A DNA stretch of 64,000 nt from a virus: positions 1 through 64,000 of the IMG/VR virus record IMGVR_UViG_3300037247_001689; one strand, written 5' to 3'. Each line of letters begins with the position of its first letter. The stretch's first letter is position 1. Made by a program: the position numbers and the translations under genes. Shown here one piece after another: positions 21,996 to 31,205 of this stretch. Under the pieces are notes generated by a model. It saw nothing but the letters and a program-made list of their open reading frames with translations. It was not told the DNA's origin and did no database searches.

Positions 21996-22135
21996 CAAAT
22001 CCACCCGATTAATTAACGGGTTAACAACAGGCTGGATAGGCTTTTTTAGCGGATAGTCCAGCCTCTCATGCAGAAAGATTGGCAGTTGTTCTAGATTGTT
22101 GCCATTCAACACTATATGATGAAATCTTGCGAACA

Positions 22136-22524
22136 ATGGAAATAAGCTTAGGATTCTGGTCAATATTAGGATTGATAGTTATTGCTGCAAAGCTTTTTAA
22201 GTTCATTAATTGGCCGTGGAAATGGATATTATTACCATTGTGGGGACCATTTGTCTTAGGCTTTATCGGTTGGATTATAATAATCGCTGGTGCTGTAATG
22301 ATGAGCAGTGTATGAGCTATTTCATTAAAAAACAGACAGGATATAAAGGTCAAGGCACTCGAAAATACCCATGTAAATATGGTCACTTAACAATGATCGA
22401 ATTGAAGGAGAAAACAGGGCTTAGTGAATCTCAGATGCAATACAGAATGAAGTTTAAAACAGTTGATCAGATTCTTGAATCATTAGAAAAACAGGAAAAC
22501 CCTCTTGCACAAGGAAGTGCTTAA
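22136..22524 (+). CDS. small two-TM protein (22136-22315) and small HTH-like protein (22312-22524)
   Basis: INWPWKWILLPLWG membrane motif; LTMIELKEKTGLSESQMQYRM. Confidence 0.55.
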
Positions 22525-22543
22525 ACTTTAAATGAGAAGATAA

Positions 22544-23323
22544 ATGGAAGAACAAGGCAAAATAAAAGTTAAAATAACACAGTTCCCAGGTAGAAATTAT
22601 TGGTATAGCGAAAAGCTAGGGGAAGAATTTGTAGTGTATGGTCATGATGGAGAAAATTATACACTCGCTGATGACCACACAAAAATTATATCAATTAAGG
22701 ATTGTGTGGAGATTCTTTATATTGAAAGTAAAGAAGAGTTAGATCCCGATAATAACAAGTATCCAAAAGGTAAGGTAAGATATTTTAAAGAAAAACCAAC
22801 AACCGAGATAGACCCAGAAGATATTTGGTTAGAAAAAAGACGGGCCGAGTTATCAAAAACGATTGTAAAATATGTCAATTCTGGATTAACAATACCGATT
22901 GAGTGGGTAAACGAGTTCAATGAGTTCGTTAAAGGTGATGAGAATATTGAAAAATGGAAGGAATTTGTGGATGAAAATTCACCAGATACCACAATTAAAA
23001 AGATAAGGTGTTTTTATTATAAAGGTGGTATTATATCAACCGCCCTATATAATGTTGACAATGAAAATAAAAAATTTAACGAATTGAACAGTTTTGAGCG
23101 TAAAGTTTTACCATTGAACGCTTATTCGGAAATTGTAGATGTACTTAAAGGTGAAAATAGACACGTTGAACAATGGTTTTGCAGGGAGTTCAATAAAATA
23201 GGGAAAGATTCTTTACAAGATTTTGTCACAAATTTGATGCTACATTTCAAATGTTTTATATTTGATAATGACATAGAAAAAGATTATTTCTCAGGAAATT
23301 ACATAAAAGGAGATGAAATTTGA
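22544..23323 (+). CDS. hypothetical protein
   Basis: 259-aa ORF. Confidence 0.65.
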   Translation: MEEQGKIKVKITQFPGRNYWYSEKLGEEFVVYGHDGENYTLADDHTKIISIKDCVEILYIESKEELDPDNNKYPKGKVRYFKEKPTTEIDPEDIWLEKRRAELSKTIVKYVNSGLTIPIEWVNEFNEFVKGDENIEKWKEFVDENSPDTTIKKIRCFYYKGGIISTALYNVDNENKKFNELNSFERKVLPLNAYSEIVDVLKGENRHVEQWFCREFNKIGKDSLQDFVTNLMLHFKCFIFDNDIEKDYFSGNYIKGDEI

Positions 23324-23970
23324 AAACAGACTCAATAACAATAGCCACAACAAACTCAGATAAGCACCTCAATAAACTATCAAAAGAACTTCTCTTTGAT
23401 ATCTGCCGACAAATCAACAATGATCCTAAGCCAATTTATATCAATAATACGAAAATCGGTGAAACAGCTCATGCAAAAGTGAAAGTTGGCAACAGGTTGT
23501 CAGTCCAAATGGATTTAACAGAACCAATGGCAATCAAAGGTAAAAAATGTTTTTTCATCCCTGCTTTTGATGGTGCGATTTCCGAAAACAAAAACGGATT
23601 TGAAATTGTTCAAGAAGCAAAACTTATCGGGATATGCATGGTCAAAGAACACCACGACAAATCAATAAAACCAACGATATTCGAATACACGATAGGCACT
23701 GATTACTTCGTGTTCGACGCCGAATTTATAGGAAAAGATATCATTGAGACATTTAAAGAAGTGAATAAACCGGTTTATATATTTTATCCTGGCGCTAAAT
23801 GGTCAGAAGAAGCATGTAAAAATAATGCCAGAGAAAAAGGCATGATGCATGAAAAGCTTGACCAGTCAATTCAACCGTTTTCAATTTGTCACGATCCCCC
23901 TGAGAAAACCCTCACTGAATTTAAAAACAAAATTGAAACAGATATAAAACATGGACAAATCGATCTTTGA
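23320..23970 (+). CDS. hypothetical protein, possibly a degenerate prohead-protease fold
   Basis: IATTNSDKH..LSKE.L, IYIN..KIG and EIVQEAKLIGICMV echo HK97-type protease strands, without the catalytic His/Ser. Confidence 0.4.
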   Translation: MKTDSITIATTNSDKHLNKLSKELLFDICRQINNDPKPIYINNTKIGETAHAKVKVGNRLSVQMDLTEPMAIKGKKCFFIPAFDGAISENKNGFEIVQEAKLIGICMVKEHHDKSIKPTIFEYTIGTDYFVFDAEFIGKDIIETFKEVNKPVYIFYPGAKWSEEACKNNAREKGMMHEKLDQSIQPFSICHDPPEKTLTEFKNKIETDIKHGQIDL

Positions 23971-24944
23971 GACAATCAGTAAACTCGGAAAGCCGAAACC
24001 AGAAACTGAGCGACAAAAAATAACAAGGCTAACTGAAGATGTTATGTTCCAAGCCAAAAAGAAACATAAGAATCAGTACGTATTAGACGAAATAGAAAAA
24101 GCGGCAAGGGAGATAACGGATAGAGATGGTCATTTTATTTGTTCCAGAGAAGGTATTGGCAATAAAATGTTTGGATTTGAAGACCATGAAAACCCAATTA
24201 TCGGGTTGCATATCGGGGTAATGCCAAGCGTTAATTCAAGTTGCCTCAATATCTTCACCAGTAAGATATCAAATATCATTCATGAAAATGGTGACAAGGA
24301 TTTGATTGTTGATATCATCGTTTCTATCATTGTGACAGAGCTAAAAGAAAGATTTGGTAAATCTAAAGAGTATATTTTTACCGGAAGCGTCGACAACAAA
24401 AACGAAGGGATTGTAAAGAAAAGGTGATATGTCTAAAAAAAACGTTGATTCAGGATATTGGAAAGTCACGATATTTAACACTGATGTTCCCCATAATTTG
24501 TCTTACGACCCGGGGCATATTGAATTCACACATGATCAATTTCCGCATGTAGTGAGGAAACAGAACACATGGCTAAAAGGGGAAGGCGCTTATGCAAGGG
24601 ATGACTTTGTGGCTCCGAAAGTACTGGACGTGTGGAATATGATGTACGGAAAATTCCCTTGTAAAAGCTTTATTTTTGAGCGGTGGGTAATCCAAAAGGA
24701 ATATGAGTGCTTTAAATACAAACTAATGGGTTACGATAACGAAGAAATAAAAGTCATCCATGAAAATATGATTGGCGATGACTTGGCTTTGAAAACTCAT
24801 TTTATTGAATTCCTTTACATGCTCAGGAAGATTAAATCAGACTTAACAGAAGATAAAACAATTAAACTGATTGATTATAAACGAGGAAAAGAAGAACAGA
24901 TAAAAAGAATGATGGATAATCTTGATTCAGTGTTAGGTAGTTAA
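23951..24944 (+). CDS. two hypothetical proteins
   Basis: ORFs 23951-24427 and 24429-24944. Confidence 0.6.
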
Positions 24945-24963
24945 TACGTATTAAGGAGAATTA

Positions 24964-25194
24964 ATGACTAAAAAGATAAAAGTCACAATGGAATTATCGC
25001 TAAAAGATATTAAAATTGCAGATGAACTTAAATTACGGCTTGATGCCCGTAGCCGTACTGCAGCAATTTCCTTATCCTTGCGTGTTACAGGCTTTTTATC
25101 TGAGCTAATCATCTCAGGCAAAGAGATTTTTGTTAAAGACAAGAACGGGAACGTCAGTCAGTTTTATATTGTTGGTCTGAATGATGATTCTTAG
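24964..25194 (+). CDS. ribbon-helix-helix-like regulator
   Basis: KIKVTMELS..D...DELK..L...SRTAAI..SL; flanked by TTAATACGTATT palindromes. Confidence 0.6.
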   Translation: MTKKIKVTMELSLKDIKIADELKLRLDARSRTAAISLSLRVTGFLSELIISGKEIFVKDKNGNVSQFYIVGLNDDS

Positions 25195-25260
25195 ATGTAG
25201 GCATTTTCTAAACAATTTTAAACACAAACATAATGGATAGGTATTTAATACGTATTCAAA

Positions 25261-25442
25261 CAGTTGGCTATATGCCTTTTTATGTCTATCTGTTTTCGAA
25301 GAACAGGACAATTGTTCATAAACCTAATCATGGGGTATCCGGCAATTGAGACATAAGATTAGAATAATGGAAGCGGATAGATTGAAATTAAACGCCAATA
25401 AAAGTAAATCTGGTTTAATGCGTGGACATGTATAGCCAACTG
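25261..25442 (+). ncRNA. 182-nt structured intergenic element
   Basis: 12-bp terminal stem CAGTTGGCTATA/TATAGCCAACTG; inner TTATGTCT/AGACATAA stem and hairpins. Confidence 0.55.
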
Positions 25443-25473
25443 GCAAATTTAAAAACATTTAGAAGGAGACAGG

Positions 25474-26591
25474 ATGAAATTAGATTCAAATCACGAAAAT
25501 GCAGCGTTTATAGTTGTCTATGACACCGATTATGATTGCAAAATTGAAAATGTGATACGCGCTGACGATGAAAAAAATGAATATACATGCTATGACCATG
25601 ATCCAAAAACTGGTGAATTCATCAGAGACAAAGATGGACTTGTTATTCAAAAAACAGCAACAGCGAACATAAGATTTCTGGATAGAAGGCTTCCAAAAAA
25701 CAAAGATATCTTAGATAGAATTGGTGAAAAAACAATTATTCCTAATTGCAAAGTTTTGGGTAATAATATTGTTGAAATGTTTGGGATACAATTCAAACAA
25801 TACAGTGGACCTTCTGAAGAATTTTATACTATTGATGATATAGCGGCCAGAAATGATTTAAAAAAACAATCAATTGAGGCTTGTCTTATTAAATATGGGA
25901 TTATGACAAAAACCCTTGAATGGTCAGAGTACGAGCATGAAGTTGGTGGCGTAGAAGAATGGAATGGAAAGTGTGTTGCTATATCTGGCTTTGTTATCCG
26001 TAATATCATGACAGAACCAGATAAATATGAATCGCATATACATGAGGAATTTATATTAGAGTTAATGGAAAAACCCTAATAACACCCACGTTTGCAAAGA
26101 GTTCACTGGTAAAGTAAAAAACAATTAATAATGATTGATATCTTCCGATATGTATTTAATATGTATCTTTTAATCGTTATTTTATAACTAATAATGGAGT
26201 AAAAATGAATGTAGCATGGCTTTCTATTAAGCATAATTCAACATCACCGATTCCAGTTGACTTTAATTTTAATGAGAAGGAAAAAGTTTTTTCAATGTAC
26301 GGGATAAAGATCCGATATGATGATTTGCGTTTTAGCCAATTAACCCATATATCAGAATCTATTGGAGTTAGCGTGTCAGACATAAGGGAAAAGTTAGTCA
26401 AGTATGATTTAATGACAGATGATTTTACCTTTACATGGCATATGAAATACAAAGTCACTATAGACGGTAATGATACGGAAATAAACCCTGCAAGTTTAGT
26501 ATTACCAAGATTTTTTATCAGCGACAACCCGCCTTGGAACGGGATATATTCAGATGAAAAATTCATCCTTGAATTGATGAAACTGCCATAA
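25474..26591 (+). CDS. two partially paralogous hypothetical proteins (25474-26079, 26205-26591)
   Basis: Shared MFGIQ/MYGIK, LIKYGIMT/LVKYDLMT and C-terminal EEFILELMEKP/EKFILELMKLP. Confidence 0.7.
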
Positions 26592-26671
26592 ACAACCCAC
26601 GTTTGAACTTACCTCACCGATAGTGCAATATACGAGGAAAACAAGTCACAAACCTCAAATATTGCACAGTC

Positions 26672-28102
26672 ATGAAAAAAATCATATCCGAACGAGAGCA
26701 TACCATCCCTATAAACAGGGTGATTAAGCTTGAAGAAGAAAAGACAAAGATCAACGGTAACTATAAAATAATATTAAAAATCACACACCCAAAAGGATTT
26801 AATCAGGATCTTCAAGCACTGGTCAGGGGCGGTATGCCAATGGTCACCATCCCCAGATTTATTGGTGACAAAAGACTCCAGACAAACAGAATTACCCTCA
26901 AAATTTGGCAGGATGTACCCGATGAAATCCCAGTCAAAAAAGAAACACCTATAGAAATTCCAAAGGCAAAAAATCCAGTCCCTCTTAAAAAGAAGAAAAC
27001 AAAATTTCTCTCTAATATCATTGATTACCATGAAATAGCATTAAAGAGAAGTATTGAGAGGGACGAAATCATTGCATCAAAAAGACATCACGTCAAAGAA
27101 TCGGTTGCGTTAAAACCTGTTGGATTAGATGGATTACGGATATTAACCGCTGATGACTGTGATTATTCAAGAGGCGTGACGATCATTCAGAACTTAATCA
27201 CGGCACTGAAAAAGCACAATAAGGCTGATGGGATTACAGTGATCGCTCAAAGAAAATTGCTTTGTGAATATTACGATGTTTTATCATTTTCAGGAGCTTC
27301 CACAATTATCGGGTTATATATCGCACTTGGTGAAAAAGCCTATGAAAAAGGAAATCTGGAAGCGTTTCTAAAATGGTATCAAACAGAACTATCAAAAGTT
27401 TATTCTCCAACTAGTAAAGGTGAACTATTCGAAAAAGGGAAAAGATTTTTACAAGGAATGAAGCCATTTAAGAAAATGCGTAAAAATCCGAATACTGGTT
27501 TTTCTCTGAAAAATGTAGAGAAAATAATTGGGGCGTTTTTCACTAATGAAAACACAGGCGAACCGTTCAGGATGGAAGATTTGCATTGTGAAGTCTACCA
27601 GCCTCTATTTCTTGATGATGAGCGAACTTTCGTTTACTCAAAAGCGGAAACTCCAAAACTAAAACTAGTTGATTTAGTCATCAATACTGCTTTGGATCCT
27701 AATTATTTCCAGACCAGAAAGATTGAAGACATGGGCATATCTCTTGGGCCTCTCAGAAGATCTTTTGATTTACCATTGGCACAAAACAACAATAATATAG
27801 AATTGGTTTCATTCGGTGCAGATTTAACGTATCAGGAATCAGAAGGAGAATTCGAGGGCATAACACCTGCTCAAAATTCATTCTTGCAGAAGCGAAAAGC
27901 ATACCGGATCGATCATGAAGACACACAGACCTATATGAATAACAATTCACATAAAGTAAAATATATGAGAATTGAGTCGCCACAAATTCCAGAGGTTTCT
28001 GAAAATTCAGTACTAGAAGGAGATCTTATCAGATGCAGAATGAGCGCAAAAGATACAGTTGTTATAACAAATGGTCAAAAAACATTATTAACGTGGAGTT
28101 AG
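26672..28102 (+). CDS. patatin-like protein lacking catalytic motifs
   Basis: GLRILTADD...RG, LCEYYDVLSFSGASTIIGL.IALG, TALDPNYF, IELVSFGA align with the patatin pattern, but GGGxRG, GxSxG and DGG are replaced. Confidence 0.65.
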   Translation: MKKIISEREHTIPINRVIKLEEEKTKINGNYKIILKITHPKGFNQDLQALVRGGMPMVTIPRFIGDKRLQTNRITLKIWQDVPDEIPVKKETPIEIPKAKNPVPLKKKKTKFLSNIIDYHEIALKRSIERDEIIASKRHHVKESVALKPVGLDGLRILTADDCDYSRGVTIIQNLITALKKHNKADGITVIAQRKLLCEYYDVLSFSGASTIIGLYIALGEKAYEKGNLEAFLKWYQTELSKVYSPTSKGELFEKGKRFLQGMKPFKKMRKNPNTGFSLKNVEKIIGAFFTNENTGEPFRMEDLHCEVYQPLFLDDERTFVYSKAETPKLKLVDLVINTALDPNYFQTRKIEDMGISLGPLRRSFDLPLAQNNNNIELVSFGADLTYQESEGEFEGITPAQNSFLQKRKAYRIDHEDTQTYMNNNSHKVKYMRIESPQIPEVSENSVLEGDLIRCRMSAKDTVVITNGQKTLLTWS

Positions 28103-28103
28103 C

Positions 28104-28994
28104 ATGGAAACATTTTTAATTCTTATCGCGATTGCATCATTGTGTGCGATTGCATACTTTGCTTTTTTTAGGAAAATGAAGGATGAGCAAGAGCCTATAT
28201 TAACGGATGAATCATACAAAGATGTAGAATTACCGTCAAAAGAACCGGCAATGCGACCACATATGGACTATCAAAAAAGGATTGATAGTCTTTGGTTTCT
28301 GATCGTTAGAAGTGGACCTAAGATGATATTTAAAGCATTGATTAGTTTTGCTATCGTATCAGTTCTTACAGGTTATATATCAATTAAAAACGCAGAAAGA
28401 TTTGCAAAAATCGGTTCAGATATAGCGAGTGGTAATATAGTCGGGGCGATCAGTTCAACTTTCGCATTTGGCAGAGAACCGACACTGGAATTTATAAATG
28501 TATCTACTGGCAAGAATTCATACTTATCAGATAACGGGTTGAATGAATTTGCTTATATCGGTCAGAAAGATGGTACCGGATATGCGGTTATGAAAACTGT
28601 TTATTTAATGCAACATCATGATCCAGAACTATCTGTTGACAGTAATATATATAATAAGCCGATGACAGATATGACGGTTAGCGAATCAAGAAATCTTTGC
28701 CAGGAAAAATACAAGAAACATAATGGTGATTTAGTATCAATTGAAGAATGGGAATGGAGCCAATCGAATTATTTAGGCAGTAACCATTTTGACATCCCTA
28801 AAAGCCCTGAATGGACACGAACAGCAAATGAAAAAGATGATGATGATTTTAAAGTAATCCCCCATGAATTTAACGTCAAAAAGTATGTTAAGGACAACAA
28901 AATAGACAACGAAGAAAACGGTCAATGGGTTGATGGTGATGATTCGGATATATTTCTTCTAAGGTGCTCAATTAACTGGAAAATTAAAGAATAA
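28104..28994 (+). CDS. membrane protein with FGE-sulfatase/C-type-lectin-like C-terminal domain
   Basis: Two TM segments; KPMTDMTVSESRNLC...LVSIEEWEW...PEWT...LRC. Confidence 0.5.
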   Translation: METFLILIAIASLCAIAYFAFFRKMKDEQEPILTDESYKDVELPSKEPAMRPHMDYQKRIDSLWFLIVRSGPKMIFKALISFAIVSVLTGYISIKNAERFAKIGSDIASGNIVGAISSTFAFGREPTLEFINVSTGKNSYLSDNGLNEFAYIGQKDGTGYAVMKTVYLMQHHDPELSVDSNIYNKPMTDMTVSESRNLCQEKYKKHNGDLVSIEEWEWSQSNYLGSNHFDIPKSPEWTRTANEKDDDDFKVIPHEFNVKKYVKDNKIDNEENGQWVDGDDSDIFLLRCSINWKIKE

Positions 28995-28999
28995 ACAAT

Positions 29000-30868
29000 A
29001 TGCCACAAGACAATGAAGAAAAGGCTTTAGTCTATGGCCCACCAGCTATCAGGCAGGGAAGGAAAAAGAAACTTGAGAAACTAGAGGTTGATTTTTCGGA
29101 TTATAAAAATCAAATAAATTCATTAGTTGATCAGATATCCAAGAAATCATCTGACAATTATCAATACTCTGCAGCGTTCGATTATTACAGACAAACCAGT
29201 ACGACCGGGCCAAATTCAAATGTTTTAGAACAGCTTTACGGTAGAAATCTATCATTTTTAAGACAATATTATCACGTCAACTCACCGATCGATAAAATAA
29301 TATTTGGGAAACGTAACGAGCAAATGCGTATTTTATCGGATTGTGTGGCCGATGTTCCTGGGAAAATTGGCTGGCGTGTCGTTCATAAAGATAGTGATTC
29401 TCCTAAATTCAAAACAACACCTGAAATTGAAAAACAATGTCGATGGTATGAAGAACTAATCAAAAGTCCAAACCGAACCAGGCACCCGGGAAGACATCAA
29501 GATGCATTTATTTCAATGTTAGAATCAAAAATGTTATTTGACCGGATCCCAATTGAAAAATTAGAACATTTAGATTATCGAGGCAGTGGAGCTCCTGCAA
29601 GTTGGTTAGTCCCTGACGCTGCGACAATCAAGCCGACAACATGGGTATTACAAGCAATGGGTGGCGCTCCAGGCTATACGGGTAAAAACCAGCGTGACCA
29701 GGTTCAAAGATCAGTACACAATAGCCAAACAACAGCCAAGCAATTATTAGCGTACAACACAGAAGTGTACGCTAAAAATATGGCCAAAAAGAATGGCACC
29801 TCAGAGGCACATGAACTGTATAGACTTAATTCAGGACTCATAAAATGGGTTCAGGAGATGCCGGACCATCAAATTTCGGCAGGTTACACTGACAATGATA
29901 TCTCTGTTTTTATCGGGAATCCGAGTCCTCAAGTCAATGCGTGGGGATGGTCATCTGGATCCGCTTTCGAAAGATCGTTCGCTTTCGGTGAAGTGATATT
30001 TAAAATGACCGGTTATAATGCTGAGATATTCGACTCTAAAATGCCAGAGGGGATTATATCAATTAATGATTCAGGCCGGGATAAAAGAGGAAAGCAACAA
30101 TTCCACCAAAGAATGCTGGAAGAAGGTTCGGATAGATACAATAACATCATGGTTCAATTTGTCGGGGATCCTGAAAAAGATGTTAAATATCTAAAGATCA
30201 AAGATAAACCGACTGACATGCAATTCCAGCAATTGTTTATACTCTATGTAAAAATTAAATGCGCGGCATATGGTTTCGATTATCGCTTATTAAACCTTGA
30301 AGACGGAAAATCAGGTGGAATGGGTGGGTCAGGTGCCGCTGAAAAGCAAATGGATTTACAGAATGAAATGGGCATCGTTAGTGACACGAAATATATTGCC
30401 CATTGTTTAACACTTGCTTTAATTGATCCGTGGTCTCCTGATTTCAGAATGGAATTTGTGTATGATGTTTCGGATTCTGAAGAAAAGCTTAAAATATTAA
30501 AGAGCAAACTTGAGGTATCCAGTTCTGTATCTGAAATCAGAAAATCAGAAAATCTTGAAGCTGATTTTTGGAAAGCGGCACCGAAAGAACATCAGGAAAA
30601 GCTTAAGAAATTTTCATGGCCTCTATACTTCCCAACCATGACAAATGCACAGGTGGTCCAAATCGTACTGAAAGAAATGGATATCGAGCAGCAAGACAAA
30701 GCCATGGAACAAGAGCAAAAAATGGCAGATCAAGAACAGCCTGAAGGAGAAGAACCAGTTAAAGAAGACAAGGAAATAGCCGATTTACGTTCAGCAATCG
30801 GCAATCAGGAAGAAGAAAACGAGAAAATGGGAAAGAGTTGGAGTATTGATGTTAACCATCATTATTGA
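29000..30868 (+). CDS. portal protein
   Basis: LFDRIPIEK...VPDAATIK...WVQ...YNAEIF....PEGII...DMQFQQL...IKCAAYGFD...; resembles Herelleviridae-type portals. Confidence 0.9.
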   Translation: MPQDNEEKALVYGPPAIRQGRKKKLEKLEVDFSDYKNQINSLVDQISKKSSDNYQYSAAFDYYRQTSTTGPNSNVLEQLYGRNLSFLRQYYHVNSPIDKIIFGKRNEQMRILSDCVADVPGKIGWRVVHKDSDSPKFKTTPEIEKQCRWYEELIKSPNRTRHPGRHQDAFISMLESKMLFDRIPIEKLEHLDYRGSGAPASWLVPDAATIKPTTWVLQAMGGAPGYTGKNQRDQVQRSVHNSQTTAKQLLAYNTEVYAKNMAKKNGTSEAHELYRLNSGLIKWVQEMPDHQISAGYTDNDISVFIGNPSPQVNAWGWSSGSAFERSFAFGEVIFKMTGYNAEIFDSKMPEGIISINDSGRDKRGKQQFHQRMLEEGSDRYNNIMVQFVGDPEKDVKYLKIKDKPTDMQFQQLFILYVKIKCAAYGFDYRLLNLEDGKSGGMGGSGAAEKQMDLQNEMGIVSDTKYIAHCLTLALIDPWSPDFRMEFVYDVSDSEEKLKILKSKLEVSSSVSEIRKSENLEADFWKAAPKEHQEKLKKFSWPLYFPTMTNAQVVQIVLKEMDIEQQDKAMEQEQKMADQEQPEGEEPVKEDKEIADLRSAIGNQEEENEKMGKSWSIDVNHHY

Positions 30869-31205
30869 TTATCGGGAAATCAAACCTTTTCATTATATCA
30901 GGGAAAGCTGTTTTATTAATTTGTATCATTTGTTCAAATGTTCGGACACCTTCAGAAAAAAATATGCTATTACTCCCAGGGCGATGATCAATTGAGTAGT
31001 CCCAAAAAGACAAGGCGGTCCAATTATCTTTATGATGTAATTTAGCAATTCCAGCTTTGTTTGTTCTTTTAGGTGCAAGTTTCCCGTCAAAATTTTTCCA
31101 AGGAAGTTCATTGTTGTAAAATGAAATCCCAACTCTGTTTTCATTTTTTAGATAGTGTCCTTTAATTCCATCACAACAACCAAAATAATATGTTTTCAAA
31201 ATCAC
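30852..31205 (-). CDS. hypothetical phage protein
   Basis: YFGC..GHYL...WTALSFWDYSIDHRPGSNS. Confidence 0.65.
   Translation of the reverse strand: MILKTYYFGCCDGIKGHYLKNENRVGISFYNNELPWKNFDGKLAPKRTNKAGIAKLHHKDNWTALSFWDYSIDHRPGSNSIFFSEGVRTFEQMIQINKTAFPDIMKRFDFPIINNDG

Noticed and set aside
20148-22080. CRISPR or other repeat-spacer array in the long non-coding region
   Set aside because: No regularly spaced direct repeats; only one 15-bp pair; no cas genes in the window.
20197-22386. Minus-strand ORFs 20197, 20626, 21133, 21604, 21912, 22066
   Set aside because: They are antisense to tRNAs or structured RNA and have no recognisable protein features.
20234-25442. Retron msr-msd reading of the 12-13 bp terminal inverted repeats (20234/20386 and 25261/25442)
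   Set aside because: No reverse transcriptase ORF adjacent or anywhere in the window.
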